Below are positions 1-11,686 of a stretch of DNA of 64,000 bases, one piece after another. The position numbers and the translations under genes are program-made. The stretch spans positions 1 through 64,000 of the forward strand of contig JAAOMT010000553.1 in the NCBI GenBank assembly GCA_016748015.1, written 5' to 3'. The DNA comes from Geosiphon pyriformis uo1 (lineage: Eukaryota > Fungi > Glomeromycota). Every line of letters begins with the position of its first letter. Within the stretch, counting starts at the first letter, position 1. The notes beneath the pieces were generated by a model, which saw only the letters and a program-made list of their open reading frames with translations, did not search any database and was not told where the DNA came from.

Positions 1-839
1 CCTAATATTTTCGAAGAAAAGCTTACGGTGCCAATCAAGAAAATCCATGGGGTAAGCACGATGATGACAAAACTATAGGTCAGCCAGATTGGTGCCAGGC
101 GCTCGGATTCCTTAAATATGTGATGGATCTCAGGGAGCGGTCCATACTTAATCGGTGGTGGCAATGATGGTTTCTTTAGGACTTTTATGTGGGCCGTCCC
201 AATGGTATATTTTATTGGATGGTTGCTTGAAAAAGTCCCGATTATCAAATCTAGGGTGTAATCTGCGGAAGCCATTATAAGTTCCCTCGGTGCCGATTTC
301 ATGTCCTATTAATCGAAATTATTGGTGTTACTCATGATTGTGTCTAAACTCTACTTTAAGAAAGTTTTATTTACTAATTCTAGGCGAGCTTTGCCGTTGT
401 CTCGGACTTGCAGAATCAATACTGCTTGGGCATTGGTTTTTTCGTTGGTTAAAGTGAGGAAAGCTTGATGCGGTTGGTGAAAAACTTTTTCATTCTTCAA
501 GTCACGAATAGTTAAAATTATCTTTAAGTTATCATCTTCAACAAGTTGTAACGGGGATTCTAACGGAGCTGGATATTCTAAACTTCAATCGTATCGTAAA
601 CGGAGTTAATTTTATACTTTTTTATACAATTTACTTCGGAATACCAAAGTATACATGACTTGGAGCGGAATTCAGTACCTTTCTGATACTCTTCGAACTC
701 CGTCACTTCCCGTTACTGCCAGTTTAACATTTTTAATGGCATAGTGAATTTCTTCGGCTCTTGTTAAAAACACTGCCGAAAATATAATTGTGTATAATTG
801 CCATGATATTATTAAAGAAAAAAGAGAATAGTACTTCAT
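1..839 (-). CDS. SWP1: Oligosaccharyltransferase subunit Swp1/ribophorin II (spliced; 3' part runs off the window start)
   Basis: Manual minus-strand translation from ATG at 839: signal peptide MKYYSLFSLIISWQLYTIIFSAVFLTRA; exon ~578-375 ...FHQPHQAFLTL...; exon ~306-27 ...YGPLPEIHHIFKESERLAPIWLTYSFVIIVLTPWIFLIGT. PHQAFL and YGPLPEIHHIF are typical Swp1/RPN2 motifs. Confidence 0.88.
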
Positions 840-1040
840 TGAGGCCAAAAAGTAAAATTGGTGTTGAGCCTAACGAGGTTGAATAAATAAATAAATCAAT
901 GTTTGCCACGTCTCAAAAGGACTTTCCAATACGGATAGGATCGACGAAATTAGGCATCGCTAAAACAGGTTTTTTATGATAACCGTTAAAAAAAAGTTGA
1001 TGTCAAACCTTCGAACACTGTTTCTCGAGTCTAATCAAAA
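840..1040. promoter_or_regulatory. ~200-bp bidirectional promoter between SWP1 and YOS9 with a UPRE-like GCCACGTC (905-912)
   Basis: Divergent ATGs at 839 (-) and 1041 (+). Minus-strand GACGTGGC resembles the XBP1/ATF6 site TGACGTGG. Confidence 0.55.
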
Positions 1041-3061
1041 ATGCCGTGTTCAAAGTTTTCAAATAAGTTAATCTATTTTGTATTAGTAGTTTTTTCGTTG
1101 AATTTGATTCAGTCTATTAAGAAGCCATACGTAGGAGCCTTTTCAATTTCATGGGTTTTTGAAGACCTTCTAGCTCACCCACGTTACAAAGTACTAATCG
1201 GCTCACGCTTCGTCGCCGACAGTAGCTTAGACAGTTTCTTTCCCGAGCCACGTGTACCTGAAAAGGTCTGTATGAATTTTAACAAACTATTGGGTTTTTC
1301 CAGTTATCAAAACTCAATCACATTCTTTAAAGGAAACATCAAGTGTAGTTCCCAGCATTCCACATTATATAAAATCTGAAGAAAGGGAGATAGATATAAA
1401 TCCCAGCTATGTAGTTATGCGCACTTCTTCTGGGCAAAGATATTTGTGTCAAATACCACCAATAGCTAATAATCCATCAGCGGAAGAAAATAAACCCGAG
1501 ACAAAAAAGCCTGGAGACCTTGAAGTCTTAAAAAAAGGCTTAGAACTTTTAGAACCGATGAAAAAAGAAAATTGCATTTATTTCGTAAGAGGAATTTACT
1601 TTTTATGTTAATGACAAATTCTGCTGAATAGATAAAGAGAACGCATTGATTGGTGAAATTTTTTGCATTGCAATGAAATAAGCATCAGGGTTGGTGGACG
1701 TATGAATATTGTCATTTAAAGTGAGTGTCCGCCCTGATCATTCCTAAATAGAAAAACTTGAGAAATTCTAACGATTCTACAACCTTTAGACATATACGTC
1801 AATTTCATCAAATAATTGAAAAAGGGATCGTACCTGTGGAAGATCCTAATTCCCGTTCATATTACTTGGGAAAATATGATCCGAAACAAGCTTCATTGCC
1901 TCACTCTAATGCAGTTGGTAAAAAGGGAAAGAAACGTTCTCCACCTTTGAGCACGGACTTGCAAGCTGTTGATGAAAAAAAAATATTAGTGTTGCGCTGG
2001 AGTGATGGAACTAATTGTGACTTGACAGGAAAACCACGAAGAGTTGAGATTCAGGTGAATGATCAACTCTTTCAATTAGCGATTTATACTATAATAAATA
2101 TCATCCATTAATTATTGGCTTGATAATTTAGTTTCATTGTAATACTCAACCAAGGGATACTATAGCCTTGATCAAGGAGACCAACACCTGTCAGTATCTA
2201 GTGATGATTCATACGCCGCGGCTTTGCGCTGATCCGGCATTTCTCAGTAAAACTTCGGGAAAAGTTAATGATATAGAATGTAATCCAGTTGTTTCAGATG
2301 CCTTTTATGAGATAAAATTAGAAGAGAGTCAAAAGCGCTTAGAAAGTGGTGGGAATAATCCCCAGAAAACGGAAAATTTAAAGCCAGAGGCTGAGGAACA
2401 AGCAACTAGTTCTGATTCAAGTACTGGAGAAACTAAAGGAGATAAAAGTTCTGGGAGCTCTGATAATCAGGCGAAGGAAACTTCAGATTTGCCCAAGGAG
2501 GAAGGTTCATCCAAGGCAAAATCTCCTGTTAAAGTTGGAGACTTGACTGACGAGGATGTTACCTCTGCTGCCAAGAAAGTTCTGGATCGCTGGCGCGAAC
2601 AAATACGTGTTTTAGGAAATAAGGCGGGATTGCAACTCAAAGATATTGAAATTGAATTTGAAGACGATGATAAAGTTGCAGATGGAATCAAAAGAGGCAT
2701 GGGTAAATTCAAAAAAATCAAAGTCTTTTTCTATGATGAAAATGGGCAAGTTACACCAGTGAAAGACGCTGAAGAGCTCTTGCGGAAAATCCAAAAGTTA
2801 AGCAGTACTGATGCCAAAGGGGCGGAAGGAGAGCAAACACAGACAGGATCTGTTGGAACTGATTTTCAGACAATGTTGGAAAAACTAATTGTGGATGAAG
2901 CGGGCAAGATTGGCACGATAACCACTGTAAAGAGAAAAAAGGTCGAGTTCAAACCTTCCGATCAAGAACGACTTAGTAAAATGTACGAAACTGTTTATGA
3001 AAGGGATGAAAATGGGGAACAAACAGAAGACGAACAAGAAAATAGAAAAGCAAAATTGTGA
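1041..3061 (+). CDS. YOS9: ERAD lectin OS-9/Yos9 (MRH domain), multi-exon
   Basis: Signal peptide, then GQRYLCQIP, GWWTYEYCH (exon ~1688-1720), HIRQFH, WSDGTNCDLTGKPRRVEIQ, IKETNTCQYLVMIHTPRLC; acidic tail; GT-AG introns. Confidence 0.9.
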
Positions 3062-3422
3062 CACTGTTTATTGTAATTGAGTTATTTTTTTTTTCGGAAC
3101 ATTAATCACGGATTTTTGATGCTGCCTTTTCTTATGTTTGCCTTATTAGTTGTGGTCTTTAGCATTTATTTTAATAAATAATTTATATTGGTAAGTTCGC
3201 TTGCCCTGAGTCATGTAACACAAATTAGAGGCAATTTTTGAAATTCATGTGATCGTGCACAATTTTTTATTGATGGCTTTTAAAAAATCATAAATTTTTG
3301 GGTTTTGCAAAATTAGGAATAGAATATAACTATTGAGCACACTTCAATAAAAAAATACCCTGAAATATCGTATCATTACCCGCAAATCAGCCTGAGCAGC
3401 ATAATTCATCAAGTTCTTTGAC

Positions 3423-3789
3423 ATGCTTCGGGCAGTAGCTACTCTATATAGCAGTAAAAATATAGGGAGCCGCATTTTAAGCCCGCCTCTCCGAACTCAA
3501 GGATCACCTTTCAAACTGAACCTTCTCTTGGGGCCTATTTTCAACAGTTTTAATAGGTCTCCAGTTTCTTCAAACTTGTTGAACTCCTTCGACCAAGTCC
3601 AAACTCGCTCTGTTAGCTGGCACCCACCACGAAAGTTAAGGCGAAAAACTAAGGCATATCGTGCGTTCCTCAAGGTACGCCCGATAACATTCTCTTTAAC
3701 CAATTAATAACTATATAGCTGATCTTGATGTTTCACAATAGAAAAAATGGAAGAGATTAAAGAAGAACAAACATAGAGGAAGAACATAA
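3423..3789 (+). CDS. Small mitochondrially targeted basic protein, possibly divergent bL34m-like mitoribosomal protein (exons 3423-3674, 3742-3789)
   Basis: R/S/L-rich presequence almost free of acidic residues; spliced C-terminus SVSWHPPRKLRRKTKAYRAFLKKKWKRLKKNKHRGRT* loosely matches the L34 pattern (YQP..RKRKRKHGF.AR....LK.R..KGR). Confidence 0.5.
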
Positions 3790-4300
3790 TGATTTAATTA
3801 TTAAAAGTGAAATATAACTCGAGTCGCGATATAGTGATTTTATCTATTATGTTTGAAAGTTGGATTTCTTCAGACAACTTGCTGTAACAAAACCTGACAG
3901 TGAACATATGCTGTTTTTGTGACATCACTGTCAACAATACCTTTCGCTCTTATTACCCACGCGTTCGCTTTTTCGCGTTCACCGCTAGTCACGTTATCAA
4001 CGCTCCCTTTTCGTTTCTACTTTCATTGCCTCATTGAGGAATTTATAATTGGAATAAATGAATCCCCAAATTTTTATGTCTATTATTTAACGATTTAGTG
4101 TTTTATAGTATTATAATGTATAACAAAACCAGACAAACAATGCGGTGGCTTAGCGACGCGCTATACAACGAAAATTTTTCTAACCCCGACACGAAATTTG
4201 TTATTAAACAACACTCAAATTTATTCACGGATGATCAATTAAGGGATTTTTGGCTTTTTGGCTTTTTGATAAACACTCGATATCTACCTACTCTTTTATA

Positions 4301-6253
4301 ATGAGTGAAACAAACGTGAAGTGGATGCTAACCTGCCCTAATCCAAGCCCTCTTGCCTTTTTTCGATTTGCTTTTTCGATGCACCGGGCTCGGGCTTTTG
4401 ATACATATAACAAAGTCTTTGAATCGGCTTTGAAAGAATGTGAGGATAAAGATATGGTGGTTCAATAAAGACTTTTAAAAGTTCAAAAAAATTTTATTGT
4501 ATGTAATTGAATGTGTTTTTACTCTAGTGTTTAATATCAAAACATAAGGTAGTATTACTAAACTGTTCTTTCTGCTAAATAGCTTCAGAGTGAAACTGAT
4601 TGGGAAATATGGTTAATCGAAAGGAAGGCGGTATGTTCACCACATGCTTTTAACATATAACTTTGTGATTAATACTTATATTCATGTTCTATAGATTCAA
4701 GTAAAACGTTCAATTACAAAAACAAATATGGACAAAGTTAGTAATATTTTCGAAATTTAATTTTGATTTGAAGTCTCAAAGTTATGCTAAAGAAAATCTC
4801 TATTACAGGATACAGTTGAAATTACTACAAACAACGTTGATTGCAATGATGAATATAGTAGTGAACAGGACAACAAGAAAGGCCTTGATGAAAATTCTTT
4901 GATAGCTAATGAAATACTAGAATGGCTCGAATCAAATCAAGAAAAACTTGCTGAAGAAGAAAATTTTGAAGCGATGATGCCATTTAATGTGATCGAAAAA
5001 AAAGTTCAGAGGAACGTTAAACACTTCGTACTCTCAAGTCAGCTGGATATGTTTAAAAAACTTAGTGAGCTACGTTCAAAAATTCCATTAAAAGACAAGA
5101 TTTTAAATCCTGCTTATTATGGAATTATTGATTTGACCGGACAGTATATTGGGCTTAAAGCTGAATTTGCTGCTTGTGATTGGCAAGAACTTCGGGATAT
5201 ATTTGACGCTGTTGTTCGGTGGCAATCAATCCAAACACCTGCACATTTTGCCAATTATTTTGATCAACATTGCATATTGCCTCCCAAGTCCAAGGCAGAT
5301 TTAATTAAATTTCATACTACGGTTGAATTCCTGTAAGTATAGAGTTTTTTTTATTACAATCTATATATTTGATATGTTACTAATCTCTATTAATTTACCC
5401 TATATACACAGACGAACGAGCTATCCTATCAAAAACGATATGTCTGAAAATCATGCAATCCATGCACTGTACTATCCTTTAATCAATACAATTCTCAATG
5501 ATAGTGATGATGACGCATTGGTACTGGAATGGGTAAGTATAGGTGATTTTATATTTGAAAAACGGTTAATAATTTAAGAACTAAAATAATTTTTGCTTCA
5601 AAGGATGAAGCCGTTTCTTGTTCGGGTTCTGACGCTAAAAACAGTGACACAAGTCCTGAGAACAAAGCAAAAATTGGGCACAAGGTTGATTTCAAAATTA
5701 CCTTGGAAAACGCCAATTATGTATTGCAAATTGTGCATGGTGAGGTATCTGGTGGGATCAAGAATAAAAAGCCAGAAGCTTGTAAAAGTAAATAATGGCT
5801 TGACAAGCTGAAGCTTATGGTTATGTTACGAGATGAGTTAAACAAGCTCATCAAAACATATAGCAAGTTGGATGGTGCGGAGTTTTTAAATTTTGCTGTG
5901 TATGGAGTTCAGGTGATTGGTATGTATTTATGTTACATTGTTTATCTGAAAGTTAGCATGTTCATAAACTAATTTAATGTGATTTTTATTTAAGATTTCA
6001 ATTAAATGTCTATTCCATGATCTGGTGTGGTGGAGGCGTTTATCTTTTTGGATTAATTGATCAATGTTTTATACCACATCATCTGGAGACTTTTTATTCG
6101 CTAGAAGGAGTTTACACAGTTTTGAAAACATTAAAAATGAAAGTTGCAACTTCTAAAGAATTAATTGAAATTGAACAGAAACATGCGAGGAAAAGAAGAC
6201 GATCTGTACACGAACTCCAACAAAACAATGAAAATAAAAAGATAAAAAAATAA
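4301..6253 (+). pseudogene. Multi-exon gene with PD-(D/E)xK/REase-like C-terminal domain (Crinkler-type), disrupted by in-frame stops
   Basis: Exons join through GT-AG introns. C-terminal KVDFKITL...GEVSGG...DKLKLMVMLRDEL...YGVQVIG...LNVYSM. In-frame TAA at 4466-4468 (MVVQ*RLLKVQKNFI|gt) and 5793-5795 (ACKSK*WLDKL). Confidence 0.55.
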
Positions 6254-6299
6254 AAAACTAGTATTTTATTAATAGTTATAATTAAGAGCTATTTGATTC

Positions 6300-8220
6300 A
6301 TAATAAGTAAAAATATTTTGAAGTGTTAAATAGAAACAATAATGATTAAAATTTATAAGGTTGGATAATAGTTTTTTATTTGAAATAAAAATAAGCTTGA
6401 ATCAAGATGAGAATAGTTTTTAATTTTTTGATATTTTTATTTATTATATTATAATATTAATATTTAATTGATTAATTAATACTATTTATCATTATTGTTG
6501 CTTTTTTTATTTAAGTAATAATATTTTTATTTTAAAATTCAAGAATAATATTATTTAAATAAAAAATAGCAAAATTATATAATATATAATATATCAATTA
6601 AAGTATTAGCAAAAATAATATAATTAAAAAAAATTACTGAAATATTTAAGAAATAACAAAAATACTAAAAATACTAAAATACTAAAAATATTTTAATAAG
6701 TCCAAAAATAATTAAAAAATATTAATATTATATATTATTAAAAATAAATATACATAATAATAATAATAGAAAAAAAAAATATTAAAACAATTAATTAATT
6801 ACAAGACTTAAAACTTATTTTTATTTTAATGTTAAATTAATTATTTTAATAAAAATTTTTATTATTATTAACAAAAACTCATAAATTTAAAATATAATTA
6901 ATAAAAATTATTTAAAAACTGAATTTATTTTTAATATATCAAATACTTAAAACATAAATCAAATATTATTATTTTAAAACAATTGTTTTTAATTATAATT
7001 ATTAACAAAATATTAATTTTTATTTTTATTTTTTTATTTTATATATAATTGTTTTTTATTATTAAACTAATTTATTAAAAAAAATTAAAATTATAATATT
7101 AAAACTTTCTTAACAAAATACACAAAAAAAAACATAAAATTAAACTTATAAAAAGTTAGATGATTTATTAAAAGAATAAAAAACATCAAAATAAATCTGT
7201 TATAATATAATACAGATTCTTTGTTTTTTTAATTTTATGATCATAATTAAAGCAAAAAGTAAAAAATTTATATTTGATATTTTTTTTAAAATATCTAATA
7301 AAGTTTTAACCAAAAAAGTTTTTTTGATTGTAAAAGCAGTTAAGCAAAATATCCTAGAAGCTTTTTTCTTAAATAATAGTAATAAAAAACTATTATTAAT
7401 GACTATTAAAGCATTTTTTTTATTTGTTATTTAAATTTGAATTTAGTTTAGATTCAATAATTTAAGTTTGGTTTAAGTTCAAAATTTAACTAAAATTTCT
7501 GTTCAAATTTAGTTTAATTTAAATTCAAATAATATAATATATACAGTTTTTATTAATGTTTTATAAAAATTGCTTTAAATATTACAGTTTAATTGTGTAA
7601 TTATTTATAAGTATTTTAAAATTAGTGTTTATTAAATTTACAGATTTTATTATTAAATATAAAAATTACATAAATAATTTTACCAAATTTTAAAAAAGTA
7701 AATAATTTTAATAGTCTTTAATTTTTTTTAAAAAACTATTATTAATTGTAAAAAAATTAATATTAAGAACAAAAAACTTTTTAACAAAAATATTTATTTT
7801 GATTTTAAAAAAAAAACATTTAAATTAGTATTAATTAAAATTAATCTTATTTAAAAATTTAACAACTATTAAACAAGTTTTAATTTAAATATTTTTTAAT
7901 CAAGTATTTTTTGTTTATATTAAAACTTTTTGTTTTAATTGTATTTTTAATATTAATATTTTTTAGTTTGGTTTTTTTTTTTATTAATATTTTATAATTA
8001 AGACCCAAATGCCACTTAGCACAATACATTAAATTAAGTAATTTAAACTAGATACAAATCATGCATTTTTTATATGTAATCAGCCATTTAGGCTAATCAG
8101 AACAATACTATAAATTTATCTTAACAGAAACTATATAATTAGTACCAGAAAAAAAACTGCAGAATTTATAATAATTAAAACTAATGTTATGTGTTTCTAC
8201 AATCTTAAGCAACCCGACAA
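6300..8220. repeat. Extremely AT-rich decayed TE remnants, including a LINE-terminus-like segment (~7990-8130)
   Basis: Very low GC. ATATGTAATCAGCCATTTAGGCTAATCAG resembles 42480-42510 and the reverse complement of 27140-27170 at LINE ends. Confidence 0.45.
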
Positions 8221-8223
8221 CAC

Positions 8224-9171
8224 TATTACTGAAGGTTTTTGGTCTCTTTTCTTAAATGTTGTTAATGTCTGTTTGCTGTAAATTCACAACTAAAGAAAGT
8301 AGTTGGACCTCCAATAACTGAATTTATCTTCAAATTATCTCTTATAATTTGAATTGTTGGGTTTATAAGTGAAATAACCAATTTCATGCCAGTTGCTTTG
8401 TGTAGTTACGTTGTAGTAAATATCAACTCTTTTTCAGAAATTGCTCATCTGGAAGCTCATTAAAAATGTGTAGTTACTTTGCTATGAAAGTCAACGCTTC
8501 TACAGGAATCTTGTCTGTAGACTACCCTAATAATTATAATGAGAAAAAAAAATAAAATAAAAGAAATGTAAAAAAAATAGAATTGTATTAAGGGAAACGT
8601 TTTCTATTCAGGCCTGGAGTTACTAACAAATTACTGAAATTGGTAGCTAATCAGTTTCAAAATGTTAGTTGTGTTGAGAGAATTTCAAGTGTAATAATTT
8701 TAAAGGATTTGGTTTTTGAATATTTTAATTTTTATTTAAGATATGTTAAAGATGATTTGTTCTAATTAAGATATTTAAAATAAGATACTATGGTAAGATA
8801 CATTTTCTTGAAGAGAGAAGCTTTTCTTTTATACAACTTGTTATAGTACTAGTCTTTGAACTTGCACTTTTCTCTTTGCTTTAATTTCGGTGAACTAAAG
8901 ATACATTTCAGCAAACTACAAATTATTGATTATTTCGGCCAATTTTCATCAATTTCGGCGAATTTTGACTATATTAAATGGTTCAGGGTATTGTGTAATT
9001 TGATTATCTTAATTTCTATGATACAAATCGGATTATTAATTGAATGATGATATTTGATAATTTGGTTAAATAATAAGTAATAATTGAAATGATAATAATA
9101 TATGTTAATTAATAATAAGAATTATGAAGATAATTTCATGCTAATTAATAGCTAAAATTTTACTGGTAACA
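8224..9171 (-). mobile_element. Solo LTR, family A (homologous to 15115-16089)
   Basis: Reverse complement starts TGTTACCAGTAAAATTTTAGC and ends GAGACCAAAAACCTTCAGTAATA, colinear with the family A LTR. Confidence 0.85.
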
Positions 9172-9758
9172 GCATTAATTTTTTAATCAATTAGTAAATA
9201 ATAAACAAAACAAAAAAGAGAAAAGAAAATAAAAAAATAAGCCAAGACAAGAAAGAGTTAGTATTTTATCAATAGCTGTGATCAAAAGTTATTGGTCCAA
9301 TATAGTTAAGTATTAGCAACTATTAACATAAGTTGTTGATAGTGGAAAGATGGATTGTAATGTTTAATAAGTATTTTATTAATATTTGATGTTTTCACTT
9401 CAAGTTATAGAATACTATCATATAAAAGAATAGATAAGGAATAAAACTGGAGATTCTAAACTAAGAATTCTGTCTTTTTTGCTTCTACTGCCACTATTAT
9501 ATATACATAAATTTTGTTATATGAAATTCCTTGAATTCTTTAATTCTCTAACCAGAAATCTTGGAATTTCTGAAATTTTGTAATTTTTTAAGAAAAATCC
9601 TAAAATTCTGGAATCTTGTAATTCTTTATACTAGAATTTTGTAATTCTGAAATTCTGCAATTCTCTGAGAAAAATCTTGAAATTCCACTTTTATTACATT
9701 TTATTCTGATTGGCTAATTCGTATATTAATATATAATTCCTATATTCTATAAGTAACA
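9172..9758 (-). mobile_element. Partial LTR, family B
   Basis: Minus strand starts TGTTACTTATAGAA, then AGCCAATCAG, a GAATTCC-type array and TATATATA; homologous to 55076-55984. Confidence 0.8.
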
Positions 9759-9824
9759 CTGAATTCACTTATTTCTTTTGTTATAATCCCTAATTTTTCT
9801 CTTTTTCTTACTAATACTAATTGA

Positions 9825-10209
9825 TATTACAGATGATTATTTGGAGTGGTTGGAATAAATAACAAACTTGTAATTTGGTGCTAAATGGCTTAATAATGTT
9901 ATTTGAAAGTTTTGCATAATCTAAAGGTTTTGGTTAAGTTCTTTATATAATAAACAGAGATTCAATAATAATATCCTTTGGTAATGTTTCTAATTTTTTT
10001 TTTCCAACTCTCAAGTTGATATGCTTTAGTGTTTGTAGTCTTCTGGAAAGTTTTTTTGTTAATTTTTTTCTTAGTTTAATGGCCAGTTTTTTGGTAAACT
10101 ATCCTTAAATTCTGAATTGTCTATTCTTATTCTTGGGTTTTTTACCAGTTTTGTTGACATCAATTGCTCAGTGCTTAATCCTTTTAACCATTTATTAAAT
10201 TACAAACAA

Positions 10210-10245
<36 letters not shown>

Positions 10246-11686
10246 NNNNNNNNNNNNNNNNNNNNNNNNNNNNNNNNNNNNNNNNNNNNNNNNNNNNNNN
10301 NNNNNNNNNNNNNNNNNNNNNNNNNNNNNNNNNNNNNNNNNNNNNNNNNNNNNNNNNNNNNNNNNNNNNNNNNNNNNNNNNNNNNNNNNNNNNNNNNNNN
10401 NNNNNNNNNNNNNNNNNNNNNNNNNNNNNNNNNNNNNNNNNNNNNNNNNNNNNNNNNNNNNNNNNNNNNNNNNNNNNNNNNNNNNNNNNNNNNNNNNNNN
10501 NNNNNNNNNNNNNNNNNNNNNNNNNNNNNNNNNNNNNNNNNNNNNNNNNNNNNNNNNNNNNNNNNNNNNNNNNNNNNNNNNNNNNNNNNNNNNNNNNNNN
10601 NNNNNNNNNNNNNNNNNNNNNNNNNNNNNNNNNNNNNNNNNNNNNNNNNNNNNNNNNNNNNNNNNNNNNNNNNNNNNNNNNNNNNNNNNNNNNNNNNNNN
10701 NNNNNNNNNNNNNNNNNNNNNNNNNNNNNNNNNNNNNNNNNNNNNNNNNNNNNNNNNNNNNNNNNNNNNNNNNNNNNNNNNNNNNNNNNNNNNNNNNNNN
10801 NNNNNNNNNNNNNNNNNNNNNNNNNNNNNNNNNNNNNNNNNNNNNNNNNNNNNNNNNNNNNNNNNNNNNNNNNNNNNNNNNNNNNNNNNNNNNNNNNNNN
10901 NNNNNNNNNNNNNNNNNNNNNNNNNNNNNNNNNNNNNNNNNNNNNNNNNNNNNNNNNNNNNNNNNNNNNNNNNNNNNNNNNNNNNNNNNNNNNNNNNNNN
11001 NNNNNNNNNNNNNNNNNNNNNNNNNNNNNNNNNNNNNNNNNNNNNNNNNNNNNNNNNNNNNNNNNNNNNNNNNNNNNNNNNNNNNNNNNNNNNNNNNNNN
11101 NNNNNNNNNNNNNNNNNNNNNNNNNNNNNNNNNNNNNNNNNNNNNNNNNNNNNNNNNAAAAAAAAAAAAAAAATAAGCCAAGGCAAGAAAAAGTTAGTAT
11201 TCTATCAATAGTTATAATTAAAAGCTATTGGTCTAATATAGTTAAGTATTGGTAACTATTAACATGAATTGTTAATAGTAGAAAGATGAATTGTAATATT
11301 TAATAAGTATTTTATTATTATTTTATGTTTTCACTTTAAGTCATAGAATACTATTATATAAAAAGATAGAAGGGGAATTGAATTAGAGATTCTAAACTAA
11401 AAATTCTGTCTTTTCTGTTTCTAATGCTATCACTATATATACATAAATTTCGTTATATGAGATTTTTTAATTTTCTATTCAGAAATTCTGAAATTTTTGG
11501 AATCCTATAATTCCTTGAAAAGAATTTTGGAATTCTGGAATTCTGTGATTCCTTATATTAGAATCCTGTAATTTTGAAATCCTGCAATTTTTTTGAGAGG
11601 AATTCTGGAATTCCATCTTTACTATGTCTTATTCTGATTGGCTAATTTGTGTACTAATATATAATTCCTATATTTTATGAATAACA
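9825..11686 (-). mobile_element. Family B LTR spanning an assembly gap (N 10246-11158)
   Basis: Both termini are present (TATTACAG at 9825; ATAACA at 11686); both flanks are dUTPase fragments of an older Gypsy. Confidence 0.75.

Noticed and set aside
8220-9175. ACAC/GCAT as an eroded GCAC TSD of the solo LTR
   Set aside because: It needs two mutations in 4 bp, and the left flank does not continue the family B LTR found on the right.
10117-11211. Long ORFs with poly-K/F and X
   Set aside because: Artefacts of translating across the N gap and poly-A edges.
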